From: Oscillospiraceae bacterium
Lineage (GTDB): Bacteria > Bacillota > Clostridia > Oscillospirales > UBA644
DNA: 64,000 bases
Direction: 5' to 3'
Assembly: GCA_902783255.1 (NCBI GenBank)
Contig: CACZQB010000054.1
Span: 36,984 to 100,983 of the forward strand
The position numbers and the translations under genes were made by a program. The notes under the pieces were generated by a model. It was not told the origin of the DNA, ran no database searches, and saw only the letters and a list, made by a program, of their open reading frames with translations. This document shows, in pieces, positions 38,705 to 46,859 of the stretch (the stretch's first letter is position 1; every line of letters begins with the position of its first letter).

Positions 38705-38740
38705 CCCAATTGCACAAAATGAATATTTTGTGCAATTGGG
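38705..38740. repeat. Perfect inverted repeat, 16-bp arms with a 4-nt spacer
   Basis: cccaattgcacaaaat-gaat-attttgtgcaattggg, read directly. No U-tract follows on the plus strand. Confidence 0.95.
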
Positions 38741-38773
38741 GGTAGTAAAGAAAGGATTTAATACGGCGCTTGT

Positions 38774-39940
38774 ATGATTACTAAAGATATTGATGATAAT
38801 TCTTCACTTTACGACAACTCTCATTTAAATGATCATAGTTTTTCTTCTGACTATGAATCTGGTGTTGAATATTTAAAAAAACATGATTTAAATGTTGATT
38901 CTAATATTGATTCTGATACCTCTAAAATTAGTTATAAATCAAATCATTCATCTTCTAATTCTAATGATATTGATCTTGTTCAAACTAAAAAATTCGATTT
39001 TATTCCTGAGTATGCCAGAAATTATCTCTTTTATCTTCTTAATGTTCGAAACCTTTCTGATAAAACTGTATATGAGTATTATCTTGATTTGCGAACTTTT
39101 TTCAGATTTGTTCTTTGCCATAAAAATGTAACAAATGTAGAGAATTTTGAATCTATCAATGCATCTGATTGTCAATTATCACTTATTGAAGACTTGTCTT
39201 TAAATGATTTGTACTCATATTTAAATTATGTAAGAGAAGACCGTGATAATGGAGTTCGCTCCCGAATGCGTAAAGTTTCTAGTCTAAAGTCTTTTTATAA
39301 TTATCTTTGTAAAAATTCTGTAATTGATACAAATCCAACATTGTATCTTGAAGCTCCAAAAAATCCAAAACGACTTCCTGTTAATCTTTCCTTAGACGAG
39401 AGCATAAAACTTTTGAAAAGCGTTGAGGGACAATATAAAGAACGTAATTACGCTATTATTACGCTGTTTTTAAATTGCGGTCTTCGTTTATCAGAGCTTG
39501 TAGGCATTAATTTATCAAGTATTAATGGTAATGTTTTAAGAATTGTCGGTAAAGGAAATAAAGAACGCATTGTTTATCTTAACCAAGCATGTGTGGATGC
39601 TATTACAGAATATTTAAAAGTTCGCCCTGATATTAATTCAAAAGATCGTAATGCGTTGTTTATCAGTCGTGAAGGAAGAAGAATATCAAGAAGAATGGTT
39701 CAGACAATGGTTGAACATTTTATCATAAAAAGCGGACTTGATCCTAATATTTATTCAACACATAAACTCCGACATACCGCTGCAACTCTAATGTATCAAA
39801 ACGGAGTAGATGTTCGTATTTTACAGGAAATTTTAGGGCATGAAAATCTTGGAACAACACAAATTTACACACATATTTCCGATAAACAAGTTGAAAATGC
39901 TCTTAATTCAAATCCTTTAAATAATATAAGCAAAAAATAA
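38774..39940 (+). CDS. Xer-type tyrosine recombinase with a ~75-aa low-complexity N-terminal extension
   Basis: All catalytic residues sit in the expected context: GLRLSEL (Arg I), VGKGNKER (Lys), HKLRHTAAT (His-x-x-Arg), LGHENLGTTQIYTH (His, Tyr). An N-terminal SAM-like core-binding domain follows (NLSDKTVYEYYLDLRTFFRF). The first ~75 aa are Ser/Asn/Asp-rich. Confidence 0.85.
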   Translation: MITKDIDDNSSLYDNSHLNDHSFSSDYESGVEYLKKHDLNVDSNIDSDTSKISYKSNHSSSNSNDIDLVQTKKFDFIPEYARNYLFYLLNVRNLSDKTVYEYYLDLRTFFRFVLCHKNVTNVENFESINASDCQLSLIEDLSLNDLYSYLNYVREDRDNGVRSRMRKVSSLKSFYNYLCKNSVIDTNPTLYLEAPKNPKRLPVNLSLDESIKLLKSVEGQYKERNYAIITLFLNCGLRLSELVGINLSSINGNVLRIVGKGNKERIVYLNQACVDAITEYLKVRPDINSKDRNALFISREGRRISRRMVQTMVEHFIIKSGLDPNIYSTHKLRHTAATLMYQNGVDVRILQEILGHENLGTTQIYTHISDKQVENALNSNPLNNISKK

Positions 39941-39967
39941 AAAGACAATTATGTCTTTTTATTTTTT
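39939..39967. terminator. Weak A/T-rich bidirectional hairpin between the recombinase and rluD
   Basis: aaaaagaca (39939-39947) pairs with tgtcttttt (39952-39960), loop atta, then T6. It overlaps both stop codons. Confidence 0.4.
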
Positions 39968-40876
39968 GTTATTCTTTATTATATTTTCAAAATAAAAAGG
40001 TAGCTCACTGTCAAATTCCATCCACTCCCCTGTTTTAGGATGATTAAAACCTAATTTTTTTGCATGTAAGCATTGACCTTCAAGACCATATTTTCTTGAT
40101 TGCTCTTCTGTTTTAGAATAAACCGGATCTCCGAAAACAGGATGTCCTAAATATGCTGAATGAACTCTTATTTGGTGCGTCCGACCTGTTTCTAATGTAT
40201 ATTCAACAAGAGAAAGTCCAGTTAATTCTTCGATGACAGAATAATGAGTAATTGCAGGTCTAGCATTCTTTCCGTTTGTAATTACCGCCATTTTTTTTCT
40301 GTCAATTTGACTTCGTCCAATAGGAAGAGATATTACACCTTTTGGTTCTTTAAAATGACCAACTACTATTGCATTATAAACACGTAAAAAACTGTGTTCT
40401 TTTATTTGTTTTGCAAGATTCAAATGAGCATTATCATTTTTTGCAACCATAAGAAGTCCGCTTGTTCCCTTGTCAATCCTGTGAACTATTCCAGGTCTCA
40501 CTATACCGTTTATCCCTGATAAGCTGTCTTTACAATGGTCTAAAAGTGCATTTACAAGTGTATTATCATAGTTTCCCGGAGCCGGATGTACAACCATTCC
40601 CTGAGGTTTATTGACTACAATAACATCGCTGTCTTCGTAAACAATATTAAGAGGAATATGTTGTGCAATTATCTCAAGATTTTTGGGTTGTGGTTTATTT
40701 ATAACAATATGATCATTCGTTTTAAGTTTATAGTTTTTGCTGACTTTGCTACCATTTAATAAAATATGGTTATTATCTAGCAAACTAACAACAGCCGAAC
40801 GTGTCATTGATGACCGTTCGGCTATATAACTGTCTATTCGTCTACCGGAATCCTCATTAGAAACAACTAATTCCAT
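39959..40876 (-). CDS. rluD: 23S rRNA pseudouridine synthase RluD
   Basis: S4 domain at the N-terminus, catalytic HRIDKGTSGLLMVAK, and GRTHQIRVH. Confidence 0.9.
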   Translation of the reverse strand: MELVVSNEDSGRRIDSYIAERSSMTRSAVVSLLDNNHILLNGSKVSKNYKLKTNDHIVINKPQPKNLEIIAQHIPLNIVYEDSDVIVVNKPQGMVVHPAPGNYDNTLVNALLDHCKDSLSGINGIVRPGIVHRIDKGTSGLLMVAKNDNAHLNLAKQIKEHSFLRVYNAIVVGHFKEPKGVISLPIGRSQIDRKKMAVITNGKNARPAITHYSVIEELTGLSLVEYTLETGRTHQIRVHSAYLGHPVFGDPVYSKTEEQSRKYGLEGQCLHAKKLGFNHPKTGEWMEFDSELPFYFENIIKNNKK

Positions 40877-41355
40877 TTGAAAATATTACCTTTTGTAAAT
40901 ATAAAGATGCAGATAAAAAGAAAGCTTCCACATGTAACAAATATATCAGCAACATTAAAAACTGCAAAATCTATGAATGTAAATTCAAACATATCTACAA
41001 CATATCCTGAAAAAATACGGTCTATACAATTACCTAACCCTCCTATTGCAATAAATAAAAGAGAGTATTCTGCGATCACATTTTTAACCTTATCTGAAAT
41101 GACAACGAATAGTAAAACAATAGTTACAAGTAGCGTGATTATTGTTAAAAATTCTGTGTGTCCTTTTAGAATAGAGAAAGCGGCGCCTGTATTTTCACGA
41201 TATGTTAGACTTAATATATTTTTGATCAGCACAAATGTTCTCATAGGTTTAAGATCGGAAACAACCCAGCATTTTGTAATCTGATCGAGTAATAAACCAG
41301 CGGCAATAAGAAATGAATAACTGATACAGGAATAGATGTTTTTGAATTTGCTCAT
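40867..41355 (-). CDS. lspA: Lipoprotein signal peptidase II
   Basis: Four TM helices, with NTGAAFS and FNVAD motifs. I prefer ATG 41355, which forms an ATGA overlap with the ileS stop, over the track start at 41391. It overlaps the rluD start by 10 nt. Confidence 0.85.
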   Translation of the reverse strand: MSKFKNIYSCISYSFLIAAGLLLDQITKCWVVSDLKPMRTFVLIKNILSLTYRENTGAAFSILKGHTEFLTIITLLVTIVLLFVVISDKVKNVIAEYSLLFIAIGGLGNCIDRIFSGYVVDMFEFTFIDFAVFNVADIFVTCGSFLFICIFIFTKGNIFKWN

Positions 41356-44141
41356 TCTAAATGTTGAACAACTGATGCGCATCTTGGGCAAAGAGTGGGA
41401 TAATCATGATTATGACCAACGTCTTCAGAATAGCACCAGCAACGCTCGCATTTCACACCGTCTGCAAATAAAACTTGTGCAGAAATACCAGGTACATTAC
41501 CGCAAGGTTTGCCGTTGTTCCCTTTTTCTACAAATAATTGTGAAACTATCATTATTTTAGCCAAAACATCTGTTTTGGATGAATACTTTGCGAATTTCTC
41601 ATCATTACAGTAGAGAATGACTTTTGCTTCTAGAGGTTTTCCTATAAGTTTTGATGCTCGTGCCTCTTCAAGTGCTATGTTTATATCGTCGCGCAGAAGG
41701 ATCAACTCTTCATATTCTTCCATCTTTTCATTATTTAGCTGATAATCATCATAACGACTTACTAACGGATTAAACATAACATTTTCCGGAATATCGCAGC
41801 TGCGGTGCGGCATTGATTTCCAAACCTCATCAGCTGTGAATGCCAAAATAGGAGCAAGCATTCTTATCATTGCATCAAGAATGAGAAAAATTGCAGTTTG
41901 TGCACTTCTTCTCTTGATACCGTTTTTATCTTCACAATATAAAACATCTTTAATAATATCAAGGTAGAAGTTTGACATATCAACAACACAAAAGTTCCGA
42001 ATAGAATGAAACACCTGATGGTATTCATAGTTTTCGTATGCCGATTTTACTTTATCGATTAATTCGTTCAGTTTGGAAATTGCCCATCTGTCAAGCTCAG
42101 ACATTTCATTAGCAGGTACAAGATGATCTGCATCAAATCCGTTAAGATTTCCCAGGATATATCTTGCACTGTTTCTAATTTTAAGATATGCTTGTGAAAG
42201 TTGCTTAAATATATTGTCTGAAACACGTACATCGACTCTGTAATCTGATGATGCTACCCACAATCTCAATAAATCTGCACCGTATACTTTAATAATTTCT
42301 TCTGGAGCAATCGAATTACCGAGAGACTTGTGCATAGCTTTTCCTTCGCCGTCGACAACCCATCCGTGAGTGAGAACTGTTTTATAGGGAGCCCCCTCTC
42401 CTTTTGCGCCTACTGCAGTCAAAAGGGAGGATTGGAACCATCCTCTATACTGATCTGCGCCCTCAAGGTACAAATCAGCAGGCCATTTGGCATCAGGATC
42501 ATTTTCAAGAACAACAAAATGTGTTGATCCGCTGTCAAACCAGCCATCAAGAGTATCTGTTTCTTTTGTGAAATGATTTCCTCCGCAATGCGGACATTTA
42601 AAATCCTTACTCAAAATTTCAGATGCATCTTTCTCATACCATGAATTAGAACCATATTGTGCAAACATCTCAGAAACAACATTAATTGTTTCATCAGTAC
42701 AAATAGGCTTGCCACAATCTTCGCAATAGAAAACAGGAATAGGAAGACCCCAATGACGTTGACGCGAAATGCACCAATCAGCTCTTTCGCGAACCATTTG
42801 GGTAATTCTTTCTCCACCCCATTCAGGTATCCATGTAACATTTTCACATGCCTTAACAGATTCATCCTTAAATGATTCAACAGAACAAAACCATTGTGGC
42901 GTTGCTCTGAAAATAATAGGATTTTTACATCTCCAGCAATGAGGGTATGTATGGGTTATTTGTTCACTGGCAAATAATGAATGACTGGAAATCAAATCAT
43001 CTAAAATAGCCTTATTGGATTCATCATATTTCATGCCTGCGAATTTGCCTGCATCTGCTGTCTGACATCCTTTATCGTCAACGGGTACAATCATTTCCAA
43101 GTTATAGCGTCTGCCTGTTTTGTAGTCATCTACGCCGAATCCGGGCGCTGTGTGAACGCAACCTGTGCCACTATCCATCGTAACGTAGTCTGCAGTAACA
43201 AGTAAACTGTCACGGTCAAGAAAAGGATGCTGAGCGGTCATATACTCAAAATCAGAACCGGCAAGGGTAGCTATAACTTTGAAATTATTTATTCCTCCTA
43301 TCTCCATAGTTTTTTTCATCAAAGCTTCAGCTACAATATATATTTCTTTGTTTTCAGCTTCAACAAGAACATAGCTTTCCAAAGGATGAAGTGCTATTGC
43401 AAGATTGCCGGGTAAAGTCCATGGTGTAGTTGTCCAGATAATAAAATACATCTTGGAAACATCGCCATACTTGGATAATTTCCCTTGATCGTTTTTTACT
43501 TTAAACTTAACATAAATTGAAGTACAAGGATCTTCTTGATATTCTATTTCAGCTTCTGCAAGAGCAGTTTCATCAACAGGACACCAATAAATTGGCTTTA
43601 AGCCTTTATAGATATATCCTTTTTTATACATTTCCCCGAATACTTTAACTTCTCGAGCTTCGAATTTCGGATCCATTGTGAGATATGGATTCTTCCAGTC
43701 AGCAAGAACTCCAAGACGAATAAACTGGTTTCTTTGAATATCTACAAAATCAGAGGCAAACTTTTGGCATGCTGTTCTGAATTCAGAAATTGTCATGTTT
43801 TTTCTGTTTAGCTTATTCTTCTTAATAATTGCGCTTTCTATAGGCATTCCATGGTTATCCCAACCAGGTCTGTAAGGAGCTTTAAATCCTGAAAGCCATT
43901 TGTATCTGTTTACAAAGTCTTTGAGGACCTTGTTCATAGCGGTTCCCATATGAATATTGCCGTTTGAAAACGGCGGACCATCATGTAAAATATAAGCAGG
44001 TTTGTCTTGATTTAATTTAAGAAGTTTTTTATACACGCCTAATTCATTCCATGCATCAAGCATCGCAGGTTCGCGCTGAGGTAATGATGCGCGCATCGGA
44101 AAATCAGTTTCAGGAAGATTCAGCGTTTTATTATAATCCAT
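41352..44141 (-). CDS. ileS: Isoleucine--tRNA ligase
   Basis: Class I HIGH region (PFSNGNIHMGTAMNK), KMSKS variant (KMHKSLGN), CP1 editing domain, and a C-terminal zinc-binding CxxC...CxxC (CERCW...CPRC); 929 aa. Confidence 0.96.
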   Translation of the reverse strand: MDYNKTLNLPETDFPMRASLPQREPAMLDAWNELGVYKKLLKLNQDKPAYILHDGPPFSNGNIHMGTAMNKVLKDFVNRYKWLSGFKAPYRPGWDNHGMPIESAIIKKNKLNRKNMTISEFRTACQKFASDFVDIQRNQFIRLGVLADWKNPYLTMDPKFEAREVKVFGEMYKKGYIYKGLKPIYWCPVDETALAEAEIEYQEDPCTSIYVKFKVKNDQGKLSKYGDVSKMYFIIWTTTPWTLPGNLAIALHPLESYVLVEAENKEIYIVAEALMKKTMEIGGINNFKVIATLAGSDFEYMTAQHPFLDRDSLLVTADYVTMDSGTGCVHTAPGFGVDDYKTGRRYNLEMIVPVDDKGCQTADAGKFAGMKYDESNKAILDDLISSHSLFASEQITHTYPHCWRCKNPIIFRATPQWFCSVESFKDESVKACENVTWIPEWGGERITQMVRERADWCISRQRHWGLPIPVFYCEDCGKPICTDETINVVSEMFAQYGSNSWYEKDASEILSKDFKCPHCGGNHFTKETDTLDGWFDSGSTHFVVLENDPDAKWPADLYLEGADQYRGWFQSSLLTAVGAKGEGAPYKTVLTHGWVVDGEGKAMHKSLGNSIAPEEIIKVYGADLLRLWVASSDYRVDVRVSDNIFKQLSQAYLKIRNSARYILGNLNGFDADHLVPANEMSELDRWAISKLNELIDKVKSAYENYEYHQVFHSIRNFCVVDMSNFYLDIIKDVLYCEDKNGIKRRSAQTAIFLILDAMIRMLAPILAFTADEVWKSMPHRSCDIPENVMFNPLVSRYDDYQLNNEKMEEYEELILLRDDINIALEEARASKLIGKPLEAKVILYCNDEKFAKYSSKTDVLAKIMIVSQLFVEKGNNGKPCGNVPGISAQVLFADGVKCERCWCYSEDVGHNHDYPTLCPRCASVVQHLE

Positions 44142-44160
44142 TTTTAATTAATAAACCCCT

Positions 44161-45039
44161 TTATTCGTCATCATCTTCATCATCATCGTCATCGTCATCA
44201 TCGTTATATTTGCTGAAGATGCTTGTTTTTTTCTTTCCGTTGCCGAAAAGTGATTTTTTCTTTTTCTCTGAAGAGAACAAGCCCTTTATTTGTTTATCAT
44301 TAGCACTTACATCGTCAATATCATCATCTTCATCATCAAATTCAAGATCGTCATCATTTTTTGTAGAAAGCCTGCGAGTACGCGGCGATTCGGACTGTTT
44401 TTCAACGTGAACTGACGGCATAAGAATTGTAGACTCAGAAGACGGGACAACAATATCGTCTTCTAAATTATCTAAATCTGATACTGATTCGGGCTCTTCA
44501 TAATCATCAGGAGAATTGATCTGAGACATATCTGCAGTAGCAACCTTTAACATCTCAAGAGCTCCGGACTCATATTCATTATCGTTTTTCTGAAACACAG
44601 GAATAGTTGAAATAAGCTTAACGTGATTTTCGTAAATAGCAAGAAGCCTAGATTTAAAAGATTCTACTTCTGCCGTTAGCTGAGTTTTGACTTGTTGCTG
44701 ATGATCAGCTTCTTCTTTTGCTGTTTCAATCAAACGTCTAGCGTAATCCTGGGCATCTGCAACAATCTTATCAGCTTTTTTCTTTGCATTACCAATCATG
44801 TCATCATACGATTTTTGATTAGTCACGACTGCGGATCTCATTTTGTCATGGTCATCACGCGCCTTCTCTACCTTATCGTTAAGATAAGTTATGCGTTTGT
44901 TCAGAGCTTCACGCTCTTCAAGCAAGGATTCATAATCCGCAAGGATTCTATCAAGAAATTCATCAACTTCCTCAGGTTTATAACCGCCTACTTTTGTTCT
45001 TGAAAATTCCTTCATTTCAATATCTTTTGGCGTAATCAT
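44161..45039 (-). CDS. divIVA: DivIVA-domain cell-division protein with a long low-complexity, acidic C-terminal extension
   Basis: N-terminal lipid-binding domain MITPKDIEMKEFSRTKVGGYKPEEVDEFLDRI, then coiled coil, then about 130 aa of D/E/K/S-rich sequence ending DDDDDDDDEDDDE. ATG 45039 with AAAGGAG 8 nt upstream. Confidence 0.85.
   Translation of the reverse strand: MITPKDIEMKEFSRTKVGGYKPEEVDEFLDRILADYESLLEEREALNKRITYLNDKVEKARDDHDKMRSAVVTNQKSYDDMIGNAKKKADKIVADAQDYARRLIETAKEEADHQQQVKTQLTAEVESFKSRLLAIYENHVKLISTIPVFQKNDNEYESGALEMLKVATADMSQINSPDDYEEPESVSDLDNLEDDIVVPSSESTILMPSVHVEKQSESPRTRRLSTKNDDDLEFDDEDDDIDDVSANDKQIKGLFSSEKKKKSLFGNGKKKTSIFSKYNDDDDDDDDEDDDE
44164..44205. repeat. Trinucleotide (GAY/GAR)n run encoding the poly-Asp/Glu tail of DivIVA
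   Basis: The plus strand reads ttcgtcatcatcttcatcatcatcgtcatcgtcatcatcgtt. Confidence 0.9.
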
Positions 45040-45060
45040 CAAGTGCACTCCTTTAATATA

Positions 45061-45813
45061 TCAGTTATATTTTTTCACTGTTAATTTAAATCTGTCTTTA
45101 TGTGTTTTACCTTCAATAGGACCTACGATATATTTCCCAAATTTTCTGATAACGATTTTATCATTTTCATTAATTTTTTGAGAAGTATTCTTTGCCTCAA
45201 TACCGTTGATAAATACTAGCCTGTTGTTAATAATCTCTGCACTTCTTTCCCTTGACAAAGAACATATAACAGAAACAAAACAATCAATTCTGCTTGAAGA
45301 TATAATAATTGTTTTTTCTTCGAATTTATTACCGTTAAAATGTAATGCACAAAAATCGACTTGTGAAATTACACATTTATCCCTGCCAACAGATGTAATT
45401 GAATTAATTAAATAATCTGAAATACTACTGCGAACAAAAACATAAGCATAAGTAGGAAATGCTATAATATCTCCGAAAGCATCTCTATTTATACCGACAG
45501 ACATTAATGCACCCATATAATCTCGGTGGTTTAATGAAGATTTTTTGTTCGTTGATGTTATTTTCAGACATTTAATCGGAAAATCTTCTTTTAGGGCTGA
45601 ATATCCATAAGATACTGCTAATATAGACATTTCTGCTGATTCATATCCGCCAAAGAATAAGAAGTTACATTTGTATCTTTGAATAATTCTTTGTGCGGAA
45701 CACGCTTCATGTTCAGATAAGAACCCTGAAAAAAAGATTTTTCCAGTTTTTTCAGCCATCGAAATTAAATCACGAATATGTGCTTCAAAAATAAGATCGG
45801 CTGATTTATCCAT
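45061..45813 (-). CDS. ylmH: YlmH-like S4-domain RNA-binding protein
   Basis: About 250 aa. Conserved position between sepF and divIVA, and a C-terminal S4-like segment (RIDCFVSVICSLSRERSAEIINNRLVFINGI). Confidence 0.75.
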   Translation of the reverse strand: MDKSADLIFEAHIRDLISMAEKTGKIFFSGFLSEHEACSAQRIIQRYKCNFLFFGGYESAEMSILAVSYGYSALKEDFPIKCLKITSTNKKSSLNHRDYMGALMSVGINRDAFGDIIAFPTYAYVFVRSSISDYLINSITSVGRDKCVISQVDFCALHFNGNKFEEKTIIISSSRIDCFVSVICSLSRERSAEIINNRLVFINGIEAKNTSQKINENDKIVIRKFGKYIVGPIEGKTHKDRFKLTVKKYN

Positions 45814-45814
45814 A

Positions 45815-46198
45815 TCAGAAATTCAATTCGCTTTCTATATCATCAAAGATATCCCCTGAAATATCAAGTCCGCCTGGAATTATGAGAAATGTATGCGCTG
45901 CAATCTTTTTTACTTGCCCGTTCAAAGCGTAAGCAACACCACTGAGAAAATCAACAAATCTTCGTGTTTCATTAGGAACGTATTCAAGGTTAAGAATAAC
46001 TGTTTTTCTGTCAAGTAAGTGGTCTGCAATGTCTACGAGATCTTCTCTTTTTTCAGGTTTTGCAAGAACAAACTGTGGTTTAGGTTTATATCCATCATCA
46101 GGCTCATTTTCGTCTTGATATCCTTGAGCAACCGGGATATCATCCTCGTTCATGGTATCATCCGGAAATAATTTTTTAAAAATCCCCATCTTAAGCAT
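45815..46198 (-). CDS. sepF: Cell division protein SepF
   Basis: N-terminal amphipathic MGIFKKLF and a C-terminal DUF552 core (DIADHLLDRKTVILNL...RFVDFLSGVAYALNGQVKKI). Confidence 0.88.
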   Translation of the reverse strand: MLKMGIFKKLFPDDTMNEDDIPVAQGYQDENEPDDGYKPKPQFVLAKPEKREDLVDIADHLLDRKTVILNLEYVPNETRRFVDFLSGVAYALNGQVKKIAAHTFLIIPGGLDISGDIFDDIESELNF

Positions 46199-46214
46199 CC
46201 TTTCAAATTCTAGT

Positions 46215-46859
46215 TTATTTAAAAAGTGTTCTTCCGACTCTAATCATATTTGATCCGTTTTTAATTGCGATCTGATAATCATCAGACATGCCCATTGATA
46301 GTGTCTGAAGTTGTATGTTCCCATGATTATGTGATTGAACTTCTAAATACAGAGAATGCATCTTTTCATAATAATACTCTTTTGCATCAATAGGCATTAT
46401 TGCCATCAAACCCTTGACAAATAAATTGGGTAGACTACTGCAAGTATTTAGAATATCATTTAATTCATTTATTGAAGCACCTGTTTTGGTCTGTTCGTCT
46501 GCAATGTTGATTTCAATTAGAACATCCTGTATTTTATCAATTTTAGAAGCTTGTTTGGATATTTCTTCTGCAATCCTGACAGAATCGACTGATTGAATAA
46601 GATCTGCAACGGAAACAGCATGTTTTGCTTTATTGGTTTGAAGATGTCCAATAAGATGTCGTTTCGCAGGCAACAACAAGTTATTTCTTGCACATAGTTG
46701 CTGGACTTTATTTTCGCCTATATCAGAAATTCCCAATTGAATCGCTTCGTTGGCAGCCTCAACAGACTGATATTTAATAACTGCAACTAATGTGATTGTT
46801 GAAGGATCTGTATATTCTTTTATACGATCAATTATTTCATTGTAATTTTGTTTAATCAT
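46215..46859 (-). CDS. yggS: YggS/YlmE-family pyridoxal-phosphate homeostasis protein
   Basis: TIM-barrel PLP-binding-protein pattern (LVAVIKYQ..., GENKVQ, HLIGHLQTNK, LSMGMSDDY, VRVGRTLF). Confidence 0.9.
   Translation of the reverse strand: MIKQNYNEIIDRIKEYTDPSTITLVAVIKYQSVEAANEAIQLGISDIGENKVQQLCARNNLLLPAKRHLIGHLQTNKAKHAVSVADLIQSVDSVRIAEEISKQASKIDKIQDVLIEINIADEQTKTGASINELNDILNTCSSLPNLFVKGLMAIMPIDAKEYYYEKMHSLYLEVQSHNHGNIQLQTLSMGMSDDYQIAIKNGSNMIRVGRTLFK

Noticed and set aside
38502-39940. A tRNA followed by a tyrosine recombinase looks like the left end of an integrated genomic island or prophage.
   Set aside because: Everything downstream of the recombinase is syntenic core (rluD-lspA-ileS-divIVA...). 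I saw no direct repeat of the tRNA 3' end elsewhere in the window. The recombinase has the Xer-type core-binding domain rather than a phage Int arm-binding domain. A remnant island cannot be fully excluded without a repeat search.
44051-44410. 119-aa ORF with a poly-Ser run (SSSSSSSSSSSS).
   Set aside because: It is the reverse complement of the poly-Asp/Glu tail of DivIVA and spans the divIVA/ileS junction. It is not an independent gene.
44142-44600. Looked for a T-box leader, or any riboswitch-like conserved core, ahead of ileS.
   Set aside because: The intergenic gap is only 19 nt, and no GGTGG..ACCGCG-like T-box core was found on the minus strand within the divIVA 3' region. Reported as an absence finding instead.
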